38,781 nt of DNA from positions 159,054 through 197,834 of the forward strand of contig JAVHLM010000011.1 of assembly GCA_031082125.1 (NCBI GenBank), written 5' to 3'. The DNA comes from Vulcanimicrobiota bacterium (GTDB lineage: Bacteria > Vulcanimicrobiota > CADAWZ01 > Ess09-12). This document shows, one piece after another, positions 7,851-17,766 of this stretch. The notes beneath the pieces are model-generated. The model was not told the DNA's origin. It did no database searches and worked only from the letters and a program-made list of their open reading frames with translations. How positions within the stretch are numbered: the first letter of the stretch is position 1; every line of letters begins with the position of its first letter. Position numbers and translations under genes: made by a program.

Positions 7851-10427
7851 ATGAGGTTTAAGAGGGGTAACCTGTTTGATGTTTTCTGGCTGATATGCTA
7901 TGATATAATCATGGATACACATGAGACCCGTTCCGTTGCTGCCCTGTTCCTTCCCGATGAAGAAGAGCTTCTTCACCTCGGTGATTCTCTGTCTTCAAAG
8001 GATTACGAGGACATGCTGCTCCTGCCTGAGCCTTATGAGCTTCCCGCAGGGGCCAGCTTCAAACCCGAGCACCTGGTGAAGATCACCAGGGAGGGCCTCA
8101 TCCCCGAAGCCGAAAAGCTCTCGGAGGAGATCTCATTCGGCTCAATCGACAGGGATGAGCGGGCATCACGGATCGATTTCACCCTCTGCGAGGCAGTACG
8201 CGGCCGCCTGGCGCTTGACCTTACACTCGGCGGTCTTCTCATTACTCTGAAACCGAAAGGGGTTGATCAATTAGGGTATCGCTCCATGGGGACCTTCGCC
8301 ACGGAGCATCTCTCGTTCTCGGGGCGCACCGCGTCGGAGCTGATGCACAATTATGAGCTTCTCAAGTCGCTCCCCCTCACCCGTGAGGCTTATCTCCAGG
8401 GCATGATCGCAAAGAGCGCCCTCAGGCACCTCTCGAGGGTCATCACGCCTGAGAATGAGGCCAGGTGGCTCAACATTGCACAGGAGCGCTCCCTGTGCGG
8501 CCTTGAGAGGGAAGTGAAGAGGGCCCTCGCGGAAGGGAAGGCCTATGAGGCCACCGGCGCTTCCTCCGGGCGCTCAGGTGTTTCAGGCGGCGGCAGTGAG
8601 GGGCATTCTCAGGAAGCGTCCCGCAGCCATGCGCTGGATTCCCAGAGCGGGGAGTGCCCTGATGCTCAAAGCGACGGGCTTGAGGACGAGGGCACGATGA
8701 TGTATTTCAGCGTGACGCCCTCCCTTGCGCTCACCTGGGACTTCGCCCTCTCCCTCTTCCGGGACAAAGAGCACTATGACGGGCCCCTTGCCGGGTTCGT
8801 AGAGGCGCTCATTGCGAACTTCCTGGCATCAGGGAACAATGCTCCGGAGCTTCCGGCTCTCGATAGAGAGGGGAATCGGCCTATATTCTCCCGGGTGCCT
8901 CTCTTGAAAAGGCGGATGTGGAATCGCCGCATCAGCGATCCCGGTGAAGTCGCCCGGGAGGCTGGCGAGGGGCGGGGTAACGAGGGTCAGGCCGGCGAAA
9001 ATCCGTGGTCATCACCCTGGAGCATCTTCTTCCCGTCGTGGCTGGAAGAGTGCCGCATGGGCTGTGAAGCTGGCGCGGTCTCTGCCAGGGCCGTTGCCGG
9101 GAGACTCATCAGGGCCGCCTCGATCCGACAGAGGCTCGACGTGGCGATGGGGATGCTGCTCCGGGCGATGGATGCGCGGCAGCTCCAGCGCCTTCTCGGC
9201 TTTGAGTTCATCGAGGACTACGCAACTGAGCGCTGCGGCTTCTCAATGGCACAGACCCGCCAGCTCATAAGGCTCGCCGAGGGCTTCCGCCGCCACTCCC
9301 TCACCGAAGATGCCTTCAAGAAAGGTGTCATCACCAGGGAGCAGGCACGCCTCATTCTTCCCGTGGTGGACTCCAGGAATGAATCCCAGTGGATTGCATA
9401 TGCGGTCAGTGTGCCTACCGTTGACCTCAGGGAAGAGGCGAGGCGTGTCGCCAGAATCCTGGAGTATGACTGTTTCGCCGCCCATAATTACACTCTGCTT
9501 CCCGGGTTCCGCTACATCACCGACGAGCGGTTTCACAGCCTCTCTTCGGAGGTGCAGGACATCATACGCGATGGGTCGTGGTACACAGGTCTTTCCCTCA
9601 ATCCCTCGTGGCCTCTCGCAACAGATGACGAGGAGGTCGTCGCTTCCCGCGACAGGCGCTTTGATGCGCCCTGGAAGTATTTCAGCGATGTGGAAGAGAT
9701 GATGGCCGCCGGGATTTCCATAAAAATTGAAAAAGATTCCACCCTGTGTGCGTGCCTCGGAAACCAGGCACCCCATAGGCAGGGATGCCAGAATCCCCTG
9801 TGCTCCTGTCATCAGTCAATGGAAAAGGCCATGGAAGCCTGCACCATTCCCATGGGTGAGAGGCCCGAGGAGGTCTTTCTCAGGGACATCCTCTCGGCAG
9901 GGAGCCTCTCAAGAGCTGCCACAGGCATCATGATGATCAAGTTCTTTCTCCCCCGGGAGCTCCATGAGATATGGGACCTTGCAGCCTATGCCTTTCTCGG
10001 CCGCCTTGCCCTCGCGGAAGCAGCCGGAACCTCCGATGATTTCCTGAGGGGCCCGGAAGAAAAATTCCTTGCCGCCCTCCTCGCCGACTATCTCAGGACC
10101 GAAGGAACTATCAAAAAAGCGGCCCATCATCACAAAATCCTGAAACGGGACCGGTTTAAATGCCAAACCCCGGGTTGCCGCTGTCGGCGGGGCCTCCACG
10201 TGCACCACATCATCAGGCGCTCCCAGGGGGGCACCGATGACGAGTGGAACCTCATCGTGCTCTGCGAGGCCTGCCACCTCCACCTCCTCCATGGCCTCAG
10301 GACTCTCACCGTGAAGGGCAGGGCGCCTTACGAGCTCACCTTCACCTTCGGCTCCCCATCGGAAGGCACCCCTTTCCTGGTCTATGAAAAGGGAGTCCGG
10401 CGGGGAGCTGCGATCCGCGCCGCCTGA
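7851..10427 (+). CDS. Large (~859 aa) protein with a C-terminal HNH endonuclease domain. A DUF222/REP13E12-like helical region precedes the HNH domain. The N-terminal ~450 aa are unrecognised.
   Basis: The C-terminus 'FKCQTPGCRCRRGLHVHHIIRRSQGGTDDEWNLIVLCEACHLHLLH' is an HNH motif. The start is uncertain (GTG 7848, ATG 7851 or ATG 7911) and none has a clear RBS. Confidence 0.6.
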   Translation: MRFKRGNLFDVFWLICYDIIMDTHETRSVAALFLPDEEELLHLGDSLSSKDYEDMLLLPEPYELPAGASFKPEHLVKITREGLIPEAEKLSEEISFGSIDRDERASRIDFTLCEAVRGRLALDLTLGGLLITLKPKGVDQLGYRSMGTFATEHLSFSGRTASELMHNYELLKSLPLTREAYLQGMIAKSALRHLSRVITPENEARWLNIAQERSLCGLEREVKRALAEGKAYEATGASSGRSGVSGGGSEGHSQEASRSHALDSQSGECPDAQSDGLEDEGTMMYFSVTPSLALTWDFALSLFRDKEHYDGPLAGFVEALIANFLASGNNAPELPALDREGNRPIFSRVPLLKRRMWNRRISDPGEVAREAGEGRGNEGQAGENPWSSPWSIFFPSWLEECRMGCEAGAVSARAVAGRLIRAASIRQRLDVAMGMLLRAMDARQLQRLLGFEFIEDYATERCGFSMAQTRQLIRLAEGFRRHSLTEDAFKKGVITREQARLILPVVDSRNESQWIAYAVSVPTVDLREEARRVARILEYDCFAAHNYTLLPGFRYITDERFHSLSSEVQDIIRDGSWYTGLSLNPSWPLATDDEEVVASRDRRFDAPWKYFSDVEEMMAAGISIKIEKDSTLCACLGNQAPHRQGCQNPLCSCHQSMEKAMEACTIPMGERPEEVFLRDILSAGSLSRAATGIMMIKFFLPRELHEIWDLAAYAFLGRLALAEAAGTSDDFLRGPEEKFLAALLADYLRTEGTIKKAAHHHKILKRDRFKCQTPGCRCRRGLHVHHIIRRSQGGTDDEWNLIVLCEACHLHLLHGLRTLTVKGRAPYELTFTFGSPSEGTPFLVYEKGVRRGAAIRAA

Positions 10428-10589
10428 GTGCGCCCCATCCTGCTGCTCACTCGTTAACAACACATCAAGGGCAGGCGTCATAAGCCGGCGATCTGTGCAG
10501 TGGTCAAAGTGCTTGGAAAATGTGATCTCTGTGCGGGGATAACCATGGGAGCTATTGTTCAACGGATCGTTTTATGCTACACTTTGATC

Positions 10590-11081
10590 ATGGAAAGACC
10601 CTCACTCTATCTTGAGACGACCATTATCAGTTACCTTGGCGGCAGGATCAGCCGGGACGTGGTAGTTCTGGCTCACCAGGAGCTCACTCTTCAATGGTGG
10701 CACCAGCAGAGAGGCAACTTCGATATGTACACGTCAGAAATTGTGTTTAATGAGGCACAGCATGGCGATAAAGAAGCCGCAGGAAAGAGGGTTGCTTTGC
10801 TTGCCGGTATACCTGTGCTGGCGTATACTCCCGATGTAGAAAGGCTTGCACGACGATATTATGAAGAGCTGTCCTTCCCGGAGAAGGCACTTGCGGATTC
10901 TTTCCATCTTGCCTTTGCGATCCATTACAGCTTGGACTATCTCCTGACTTGGAACTGCAGGCACCTTGCAAATGAAATACTCCAGAGAAGGCTTGTCAAG
11001 CTGAATGAAAGCCTGCAGCTTGCGACACCTCTTATTGTGACTCCCGAAGAGCTTATTGCACTGAGTGAGGAGGAACCATGA
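10590..11081 (+). CDS. PIN-domain (VapC-like) putative ribonuclease toxin
   Basis: The N-terminal strand 'LYLETTIISYL', then 'TSEIVFNEAQHG', 'VLAYTPDVERLARRYY' and 'DSFHLAFAIHYSLDYLLTWNCRHL' match the PIN acidic/β-α pattern. The start was chosen so that the first β-strand lies near the N-terminus. Confidence 0.5.
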   Translation: MERPSLYLETTIISYLGGRISRDVVVLAHQELTLQWWHQQRGNFDMYTSEIVFNEAQHGDKEAAGKRVALLAGIPVLAYTPDVERLARRYYEELSFPEKALADSFHLAFAIHYSLDYLLTWNCRHLANEILQRRLVKLNESLQLATPLIVTPEELIALSEEEP

Positions 11082-11263
11082 CCTGGAATGATCCTATTGT
11101 CGAGGAAGTAAGAACCGTCAGAAGAGAGATTGAAGCGGAGCTGGGCTTCGACTTTGATTCATTTTCAAAGCACCTTTATGAAATGCAATCCAGGTCACCG
11201 AGAAAGCCTCTTGAATCCTCAGACCTGGAAAGCAGGAAAACCGGGAAAAAAGCAGGGGATTGA
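11078..11263 (+). CDS. Small 61-aa protein overlapping the PIN gene stop (ATGA); putative antitoxin-like partner
   Basis: There is a 4-nt overlap with the upstream PIN gene. The protein (MTWNDPIVEEVRTVRREIEAELGFDFDSF...) is small, charged and helical. The assignment rests on context only. Confidence 0.35.
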   Translation: MTWNDPIVEEVRTVRREIEAELGFDFDSFSKHLYEMQSRSPRKPLESSDLESRKTGKKAGD

Positions 11264-11396
11264 GCATCTAAGCGACATTATCATATCAGTGCTTTATGCT
11301 TCAGGGTCTCTGAGGGTGTCCACCATGGGCAGATTGGTGCCGTCAAATGAGCAGGACCACGGGGGGCGGCCGATGACACTCTGTGACCTCAGCGCC

Positions 11397-13487
11397 TCAC
11401 TGGTTGCCCCTCGGGATTGCCCTGCTCCACTTCTTCTCGCGGACCACCTTCCCGTTCTCCAGGAGCTCTCTGGTCTCTGTCAGGTTGAAATTCTTCTCAT
11501 CGGAAGCCATCCTGAAATGGACCTTGAGAGTGAGCTCCCTGTCCGGCGGTGTGATGGTATAATTCGTCACGGCCTCGTACGTTGCATGGGCCGGGTCGCT
11601 GTCGTTCACCTTCCAGGTGTTCTGCTCCACCATGTGGTACGTCGTCTCCCTGATGGTCATCTTCTGGTTGATGCCGCAGGAGTAGACTGCCGCGCCCGTG
11701 TCGGGGTTGTACTCTATCTTTGTCTGCCTGCCTTCGTTCTCTTCCTCGTACGAGGCATCGGGCGGCCACTCCTCCTCTTGCGGCTTTGGAAGATCACAGG
11801 TTCCCGTGAGGGTGTTCCTGATGACGACGGGGAGCTCGACCCACGTGTCGGCTCCCGGGAAGAGCGTTGTCGAGCCCTTGTACGGAGTGGGCCAGGCCAT
11901 GGGGAACTGGGCATTGCCGACGGCAAGGCGGATCCTGTGGCCCGGCCTGAACCGCCACGTCGTGTAATGAATTTCCCCCGTGAGCTTCACGGGCTTGCCG
12001 GGAATAAGGGGCACCTGCCGGAGCCGCGATTCCCTGTCAGCAGGGTTTATCAGCGTGCCGCTCACCAGCGATACCTTCCCATCGGGCCACACGTCCTCGA
12101 GGCGCACGGACCACTGGTAGAGAGGGGCATCGGCCGCCACATTGAGAGAAATCCTGGGAAGGCCGATTATCTCGACGGCTTCCTTCAATGGGGCTGAATC
12201 ATAAACCAGGCTGCACTCATCGTCAAAGGCCATGTCGCCCGAGGTCTCACCCCACCACCCATGGATGCCGGTCCCCGCTCCTGCCCTGTAAGAGAGCTTG
12301 TCGTCGCTCGCTCCCTCCGGCACGGAACTTCCCAGAGCATTCTCCTCCCCGGGATAAAAGCGCTCGCTCTTGATCCCTCCCACGGGCCAGTCTCCGCAGC
12401 GCCACTCTCCCGGCACCTTTTTTATCTCCTCGTCGGGCGGGCAGGCATCGCGGACAAAGACCATGAAACGGGGCTCTTCCATGATGCCGTTATCCTCATC
12501 CTTGAGCCAGTGGTCCCACCACCTGGCGGCCTTCTCACGCCACTCGTAGTTCGGGCCCGGCACCGCGTCGTGGGGCCACTCGTGCTTCCACGGCCCCAGG
12601 TCGGCCTTGACATTCTTATTGGATGAGTTCAGCAGGCGCGGGATCGTGTCGCGGTAGCCGTCAAGGAGCCCCCCGATGATATAGACGGGGACCTCCGCCA
12701 CGGGCCTGAAGCGGTTAGACTCTTTGCGCCAGAAGGGGCCGTCACAGAGCTTCTCCTTCCATATGAAATGCCATGGCTCCCTGTCAAAGCGGTTCGCGAA
12801 GTATTCAGGGGTGATGGCGAGGCTTTCAGGATCGGGAAGGGCGTTGTAGGTGTCTATCATGGCCTCCCAGACGTCGGTATGCATGACGCCGTCGATGAAA
12901 TGGACATCCTGGTAATAAAGGTCGTCGGCCACGTGGGCTATCAGGATGGCTTTCAATGCCGGGGGCTTCCGCGCGGCCACCATGAAGGAGTTGAAGGCTC
13001 CCCAGGAGAGGCCGTACATCCCCACCTTGCCGTTTGACCATTCCTTTTTCGAGAGCTGATTGATGACCTCCACGCCGTCGGAGATCTCTTTTTCAGAGTA
13101 CTCGGCCTCGGGGAGGACTCCCTCGCTGTTGCCGGTGCCCCGCACATCCACCTTGGCCACGACATAGCCACGCCTCGCAAACCAGGCACCGACGGGATAA
13201 TCCCAGGACAGGTAGCATAAATCGTCCTTGCGGTAGCCGTTCATCTCAAAAAAGACGGGAAATTTCTCGCCTTGTTCGCCCCTGGGCATCCAGTACGACA
13301 CTGCCAGCTTTACCCCGTCGGGCATCGTGAGCATCTCCCTCTGGATGGTGAACTCGTAATCAGCCCCTGAAGAGGCGCCTCCATGGGCCCCGGTCTTCAG
13401 GGAGGCGGCATGGGGGCAGCCTGCCAGGGATATGAAGAACAGCGAGCACAGAACGGCGATGGAAAGCCTTGGGATTATCCTTTTCAT
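11397..13487 (-). CDS. CocE/NonD-family (peptidase S15 / X-Pro dipeptidyl-peptidase-like) α/β hydrolase, lipoprotein
   Basis: It has the lipobox 'FISLAGC', the nucleophile elbow 'GMYGLSWGA' and a C-terminal β-sandwich domain. AGGAGG lies 7 nt upstream of ATG (13487). Confidence 0.75.
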   Translation of the reverse strand: MKRIIPRLSIAVLCSLFFISLAGCPHAASLKTGAHGGASSGADYEFTIQREMLTMPDGVKLAVSYWMPRGEQGEKFPVFFEMNGYRKDDLCYLSWDYPVGAWFARRGYVVAKVDVRGTGNSEGVLPEAEYSEKEISDGVEVINQLSKKEWSNGKVGMYGLSWGAFNSFMVAARKPPALKAILIAHVADDLYYQDVHFIDGVMHTDVWEAMIDTYNALPDPESLAITPEYFANRFDREPWHFIWKEKLCDGPFWRKESNRFRPVAEVPVYIIGGLLDGYRDTIPRLLNSSNKNVKADLGPWKHEWPHDAVPGPNYEWREKAARWWDHWLKDEDNGIMEEPRFMVFVRDACPPDEEIKKVPGEWRCGDWPVGGIKSERFYPGEENALGSSVPEGASDDKLSYRAGAGTGIHGWWGETSGDMAFDDECSLVYDSAPLKEAVEIIGLPRISLNVAADAPLYQWSVRLEDVWPDGKVSLVSGTLINPADRESRLRQVPLIPGKPVKLTGEIHYTTWRFRPGHRIRLAVGNAQFPMAWPTPYKGSTTLFPGADTWVELPVVIRNTLTGTCDLPKPQEEEWPPDASYEEENEGRQTKIEYNPDTGAAVYSCGINQKMTIRETTYHMVEQNTWKVNDSDPAHATYEAVTNYTITPPDRELTLKVHFRMASDEKNFNLTETRELLENGKVVREKKWSRAIPRGNQ

Positions 13488-13676
13488 AGATGCTCCTCCT
13501 TGGGGAAAGATATGCATGGGCAGGGCCGTTGACGGGGAATCGCCGACGCTTTCTCTCTTTTTGAAAAGAATACACCCGGCCCTGGAAGGAATCCTGCATC
13601 CCCCTGCTCCCCTGCTGACAGGAGAGTTCCTGCAGGGAGAGAAATCCTAAAGATCCAGAAAGGGGGGTAAGGCTCG

Positions 13677-14309
13677 ATGAGAAAAATTGAAGCAAGGCAC
13701 CTGAACTGCCCCTCCTGCGGTGCCCCGATAACGGTTGAGACGGCATACGCAAAGACAGTGGTGTGCCCTTACTGTGATTCCACGAACCTTATTGAGGACA
13801 AGGGGCTGAGCCCCGCGGGCAAAATGGCGAAGATATCAAGGGCGCCTTCAATCTTCAGCGTCGGCAGGTCGGGAGCCATAGAGGGGAAAAGGTTCAGGAT
13901 TCTGGGGCGCCTCAGGTATGACTATGAAGACGGTTTCTGGGACGAGTGGTACCTGAAGTACGAAGATGGAAAAGCAGGATGGATAAGCGAGGAAGAGGGT
14001 GAGTGCACGCTCTTCTTCAAGGAGGCCGTGACCGGGGAGATTGACCTGGGAAGCATCAGGGTGGGACAGAAGGTGATGGTCAACGGGCGCCAGGTCTTCA
14101 TCACGGAGATCCAGGATGCCACTCTTGCCGGCGGCGAAGGGGAGCTCAACTACCGTGCCGTTCCTGGAACGGCAGTAACCCACTATGAGGGCAATGCCTC
14201 GGGCACCCTCATATCAATCGAGGTGTGGCCCAGGGAGCTGGAGGTCCATGCAGGACACCCGGTAAGCTATGAGTCGATCCACATGGATGAGACGGAAGGT
14301 GAGCCTTAA
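13677..14309 (+). CDS. DUF4178 domain protein with an N-terminal zinc ribbon (CPSCG...CPYCD)
   Basis: It has a CxxC...CxxC ribbon, then the 'GKRFRILGRLRYDYEDGFWDEWYLKYEDGKAGWISEEEGE' DUF4178-type core. Confidence 0.65.
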   Translation: MRKIEARHLNCPSCGAPITVETAYAKTVVCPYCDSTNLIEDKGLSPAGKMAKISRAPSIFSVGRSGAIEGKRFRILGRLRYDYEDGFWDEWYLKYEDGKAGWISEEEGECTLFFKEAVTGEIDLGSIRVGQKVMVNGRQVFITEIQDATLAGGEGELNYRAVPGTAVTHYEGNASGTLISIEVWPRELEVHAGHPVSYESIHMDETEGEP

Positions 14310-14343
14310 ATCAGGCGGATAATCATAAAGGCGAGGTGATCCC

Positions 14344-14571
14344 ATGAATTTCATGATGATACTCAATGAATTTGTCAAAGATGTCGCGTGGGCCGTGACG
14401 GCGGCGATCGCCATGAGCGCGGCGCTTGCCATACTGCTTGCCATTTACAACAAGCTCACGCCCCAGCTTGACGAGATGCAGGAGCTGAAAAAAGGCAATA
14501 TTGCCGTGGCTATCGTGATGGCGGCAGTAATCCTCTCTTACGGATTTGTCGTGGGAATGATGGTGCGCTGA
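14344..14571 (+). CDS. DUF350-family small membrane protein (2 TM)
   Basis: It is 75 aa with two hydrophobic helices separated by 'KLTPQLDEMQELKKGN'. There is an RBS GGCGAGGTGA before the ATG. Confidence 0.65.
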   Translation: MNFMMILNEFVKDVAWAVTAAIAMSAALAILLAIYNKLTPQLDEMQELKKGNIAVAIVMAAVILSYGFVVGMMVR

Positions 14572-14582
14572 CCCGGGCAGGC

Positions 14583-16094
14583 TCACTCCCACTGGCTCCA
14601 GCCCTCGAGGTAATAGGTGAGAAGCACGGGATTGTCAAGCGTATTGATCTCCGTGCTCACCGGGCTGATGTCATCGGGGAAGGAAAAGAGCGAGGCCAGG
14701 ACGGCCGGGTTCAGGTAGCGCACAGGCACCTGCAGGCTGATTCTCTCAAGCTTTACCGGCAGAGGCGAGGCGAGGACGAAACCCCATTCGCCGAAAGAAG
14801 GCACGTTCACATGGAGAGGCTCCGCAGAGAAGCCGGCGTCCCTCACGGTATTGACTATGCACCAGAAGGCGCTGCGGGCAAAAAAAGGCGAAGTGGCCTG
14901 CACCGATACCATCGCGCCCTTGGCGCAATGCTGCCGCACCATCTGGTAAAACTGCGTGGAATAGAGCTTTCCGATGCTCTCATTGTTCGGGTCGGGGAAA
15001 TCCGCGATTATCACGTCATAAAGGCCGGGATTTCTCGAGAGCCAGGTGAAGGCGTCTTCAATAATCACCTCCATCCTTGCATCGCCCAGTGATCCCCTGT
15101 TGAGGCCTGCAATAAGGGTGTTTGTCCTGCAGAGCTTCACTATTTCACTGTCCAGATCGACGAGCGTCACATGCTTCACCCCGGGATATTTCAGGACCTC
15201 CCTGGCAGCCAGTCCGTCTCCGCCGCCGAGAATCAGCACCTGTTCCCGGTGAAGAGCCGCGCTCATGGCAGGGTGAACCAGCACCTCGTGATAGCGGTAT
15301 TCGTCGAGGGAGCAGAACTGGAGGTTCCCGTCGAGGTAAAGCCTCAGGTCTTCACGGTTCCTGGTGAGCACGATCCGCTGATATTTTGTCTGCCTCGTGA
15401 GGATAATCTCGTCGGCAAACATCCTGTTTTCGAAAAAGCCTGTGAGGCGGAAGGAATAGAAAAAGCCGCCAAAAAGCAGAAGCACGCTGATGACCGATGC
15501 GGCAAAGAGAGGCCGCAGGCTCTGAATTGAATTCCTGAAGAGGTTCATGAAAAGGAAGGCCACGACGATATTGAGGAGCCCGTAAAGGAATGAAGCTTTC
15601 ATGAGGCCCAGGTGAGGAAGCAGCAGCAGGGGGAAAAGAATGCTCGCTGCGAGGGCCCCGCAGTAATCGACGGCAAGCACCTGGGCCACGGCGGTGTTCA
15701 GGCTCCGGTATTCGTTCACCAGCCTTATGAGAAGGGGGATCTCAAGGCCGATAAGGCCCCCCACTATCAAGAGAAGGAGGAAAAAGGCCACGTAAAAGCT
15801 GCTTTCCGCAAAAGTATAAACAGAGAACATGACAAGAGAGAAGAAGCCGCCTGCCACGGCAATAAGCACCTGGGCCAGCACAAAGGCCCCCGCCACGTTC
15901 TTTTCAATCCGCCCCGATAAATAGGAGCCCAGGCCCATCGCGAAGAGAAATATGCCTATGGTGAGCGAAAACTGAAGGATGCTGTTGCCCAGGAAGTACG
16001 AGGTGATGGTGCCTGCGAGCAGCTCATATCCCAGCCCGCATAGGGAAATGACAAAGGTGATGACAAGGAGGACCAGGGGCGTTGTCGGTTTCAT
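14583..16094 (-). CDS. Polyamine aminopropyltransferase (spermidine-synthase-like) fused to an N-terminal multi-TM domain
   Basis: The N-terminal ~200 aa are hydrophobic. The C-terminal domain 'VLILGGGDGLAAREVLKYPGVKHVTLVDLDSEIV...VIIADFPDP' is a SpeE-type Rossmann fold. Confidence 0.8.
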   Translation of the reverse strand: MKPTTPLVLLVITFVISLCGLGYELLAGTITSYFLGNSILQFSLTIGIFLFAMGLGSYLSGRIEKNVAGAFVLAQVLIAVAGGFFSLVMFSVYTFAESSFYVAFFLLLLIVGGLIGLEIPLLIRLVNEYRSLNTAVAQVLAVDYCGALAASILFPLLLLPHLGLMKASFLYGLLNIVVAFLFMNLFRNSIQSLRPLFAASVISVLLLFGGFFYSFRLTGFFENRMFADEIILTRQTKYQRIVLTRNREDLRLYLDGNLQFCSLDEYRYHEVLVHPAMSAALHREQVLILGGGDGLAAREVLKYPGVKHVTLVDLDSEIVKLCRTNTLIAGLNRGSLGDARMEVIIEDAFTWLSRNPGLYDVIIADFPDPNNESIGKLYSTQFYQMVRQHCAKGAMVSVQATSPFFARSAFWCIVNTVRDAGFSAEPLHVNVPSFGEWGFVLASPLPVKLERISLQVPVRYLNPAVLASLFSFPDDISPVSTEINTLDNPVLLTYYLEGWSQWE

Positions 16095-16309
16095 TATTTT
16101 CCGCCGTGCAGTCCTCCCCCGCTGAAAGAGTGAAAGCCGCTCCTCCCGTGATGGTGATGGCCATGGCGGTAGGAGCCGTCCCTCACCGATTTTCCCGTTT
16201 TGTAAAGGGAGGGCACATCAAGGCCCAGGTAGGAATAAATACCCCCGAAGATAAAGAGCACTATGACGACAATCAGCACGATCCTGCTCACTATGGCATA
16301 CTTGTTCAT
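16094..16309 (-). CDS. Small membrane protein (1 TM) with a His/Gly-rich tail (HGHHHHGRSGFHSFSGGGLHGGK)
   Basis: AGGAGG is spaced 4 nt before ATG (16309). The stop overlaps the SpeE-like start (TAATG). Confidence 0.5.
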   Translation of the reverse strand: MNKYAIVSRIVLIVVIVLFIFGGIYSYLGLDVPSLYKTGKSVRDGSYRHGHHHHGRSGFHSFSGGGLHGGK

Positions 16310-16331
16310 TGCTCCTCCTGGAACGGGCACG

Positions 16332-17687
16332 TCAATCGATTTCGGTCAGATCTGAGCCCAGCATCGAGATGAACCCCACCACCACAACGTAGGCAAAAAG
16401 TAAAAAGAATATGATGCCGGTAAGAATTGACCATACTGCGGTCACAAGCCCCGGATAGATGAGGACCACTTTCCCGAAAGTGAAGAAGATCGGCGGCGAA
16501 AAGGCCTTCTCATAGACTGTGACATGGAATGCCCTGTCCTTGGTGTTTTCGGGCACAATCTGGAGATAATAGGTCCCCTTTTCCCTGGGGACAAAAAGCC
16601 TGGTGCACTTTATATCGGCGGTCTTTTCAAGGCCGCTGGACTCAAAGTCGGGATCTTCCTGCCAGAAGGTATGATCGAATGTGCCTACAGACTCCTTGTT
16701 CTTATTGAGGACATTGAACTCGCAGTATAGCTCTTCATTCTTCACTTCCGTTTGGATCACCGCCTTGTGCACCGTACCCGGGGACTTCACCTCAAAGGGC
16801 CCCAGGATGAGCTCCGGGCTCTTCGGGGAGACGATCTCGTGGTACTGCCGGGTAATCGCCGAGCCGTTGTAGGAGGAGAGCCACCACCCCGCGAGGAGGA
16901 AAATAATACCCGCGGCGAGAGTGACCCAGTAAACCTGCATTCCCATCAGCTGAATGGCAAACTCGGCATAACTGGTTTTCCTGGCGGGTGGGCTTTCCTC
17001 TTCGTCATCATCGTCTTTCTCGAAGGCGATGGGGGGAATGGCCTCGGTGATGTTGAAGGCCTTGTAGATGTCCCTTACATCCTTCTCCCAGCCCTTGAAA
17101 TACAGGATCTCCCGGTCGCTCCACTCTATTGAATAGACCGTGTCATTGCCTTTCCAGGCATCAAGGTAATTGACGGTATCACCGACCTTGGCAGCCCAAG
17201 TGAGCTCACCCTCAAAGAAGCTCACCACGGCTTTGGAGTATTCATCGACTTTCAGCTCCTGCCCCTCGAAGACCACGTGATAGCTTGATTTTTCAGGATC
17301 AGGCGGATCGTCGGGAGTGAATTTCTGGGTGACGATAAAGCTCCAGTCATCCTCCACGATCCAGAGGTAATCCCCCGACTCGGCCAGCAGAAGCCATTCA
17401 TCCCATTCCTCGAGCTTCACGTTCCGGTAATGGATGCGCCCGATAATCCGGAACTTCCCCTGCTTGAAATCGGCAACGGCTCCCACCTTCAGAGCGCTCT
17501 TGGGGGGAAGTATCTCCATTTCCCCGCCTTTCTCTTCTTCTTTGCCGTCCTTCATGGAGAGCGAGGAATCGCAGTGGCTGCAGTAAAGCGCCCTGGACAG
17601 CAGTGAGCTCTTCACCTCGAGAGATGATCCGCAGTGGGGACACTTGACCGATTTCGCACCTGTGGGTATCTGTTCCTGGGGCTCCAT
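16332..17687 (-). CDS. DUF4178-domain protein with an N-terminal zinc ribbon (CPHCGS...CSHCDS) and a C-terminal membrane-anchored domain
   Basis: The 'GKFRIIGRIHYRNVKLEEWDEWLLLAESGDYLWIVEDD' core is paralogous to the 13677 gene. There are internal and C-terminal TM helices. Confidence 0.65.
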   Translation of the reverse strand: MEPQEQIPTGAKSVKCPHCGSSLEVKSSLLSRALYCSHCDSSLSMKDGKEEEKGGEMEILPPKSALKVGAVADFKQGKFRIIGRIHYRNVKLEEWDEWLLLAESGDYLWIVEDDWSFIVTQKFTPDDPPDPEKSSYHVVFEGQELKVDEYSKAVVSFFEGELTWAAKVGDTVNYLDAWKGNDTVYSIEWSDREILYFKGWEKDVRDIYKAFNITEAIPPIAFEKDDDDEEESPPARKTSYAEFAIQLMGMQVYWVTLAAGIIFLLAGWWLSSYNGSAITRQYHEIVSPKSPELILGPFEVKSPGTVHKAVIQTEVKNEELYCEFNVLNKNKESVGTFDHTFWQEDPDFESSGLEKTADIKCTRLFVPREKGTYYLQIVPENTKDRAFHVTVYEKAFSPPIFFTFGKVVLIYPGLVTAVWSILTGIIFFLLFAYVVVVGFISMLGSDLTEID

Positions 17688-17766
17688 ACCCAAAATTTCT
17701 ACAGGAGCCCTGGCTTACCCTTTAGGGAGAAGAAACCTTTTCCTTGGCCAGTTTCTGGCTGGCCCA

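Noticed and set aside
11130-12197. 355-aa + strand ORF and other long antisense ORFs (e.g. 6041-6676 -, 18601-19335 +, 24882-25993 -, 32095-32850 -, 35162-36061 +, 4021-4656 -)
   Set aside because: They lie entirely antisense or out of frame inside well-supported genes (CocE, TldE, S8, MVP, Kdd, GctA). They have Arg/Pro/Gly/Ser-rich low-complexity translations typical of high-GC shadow ORFs.
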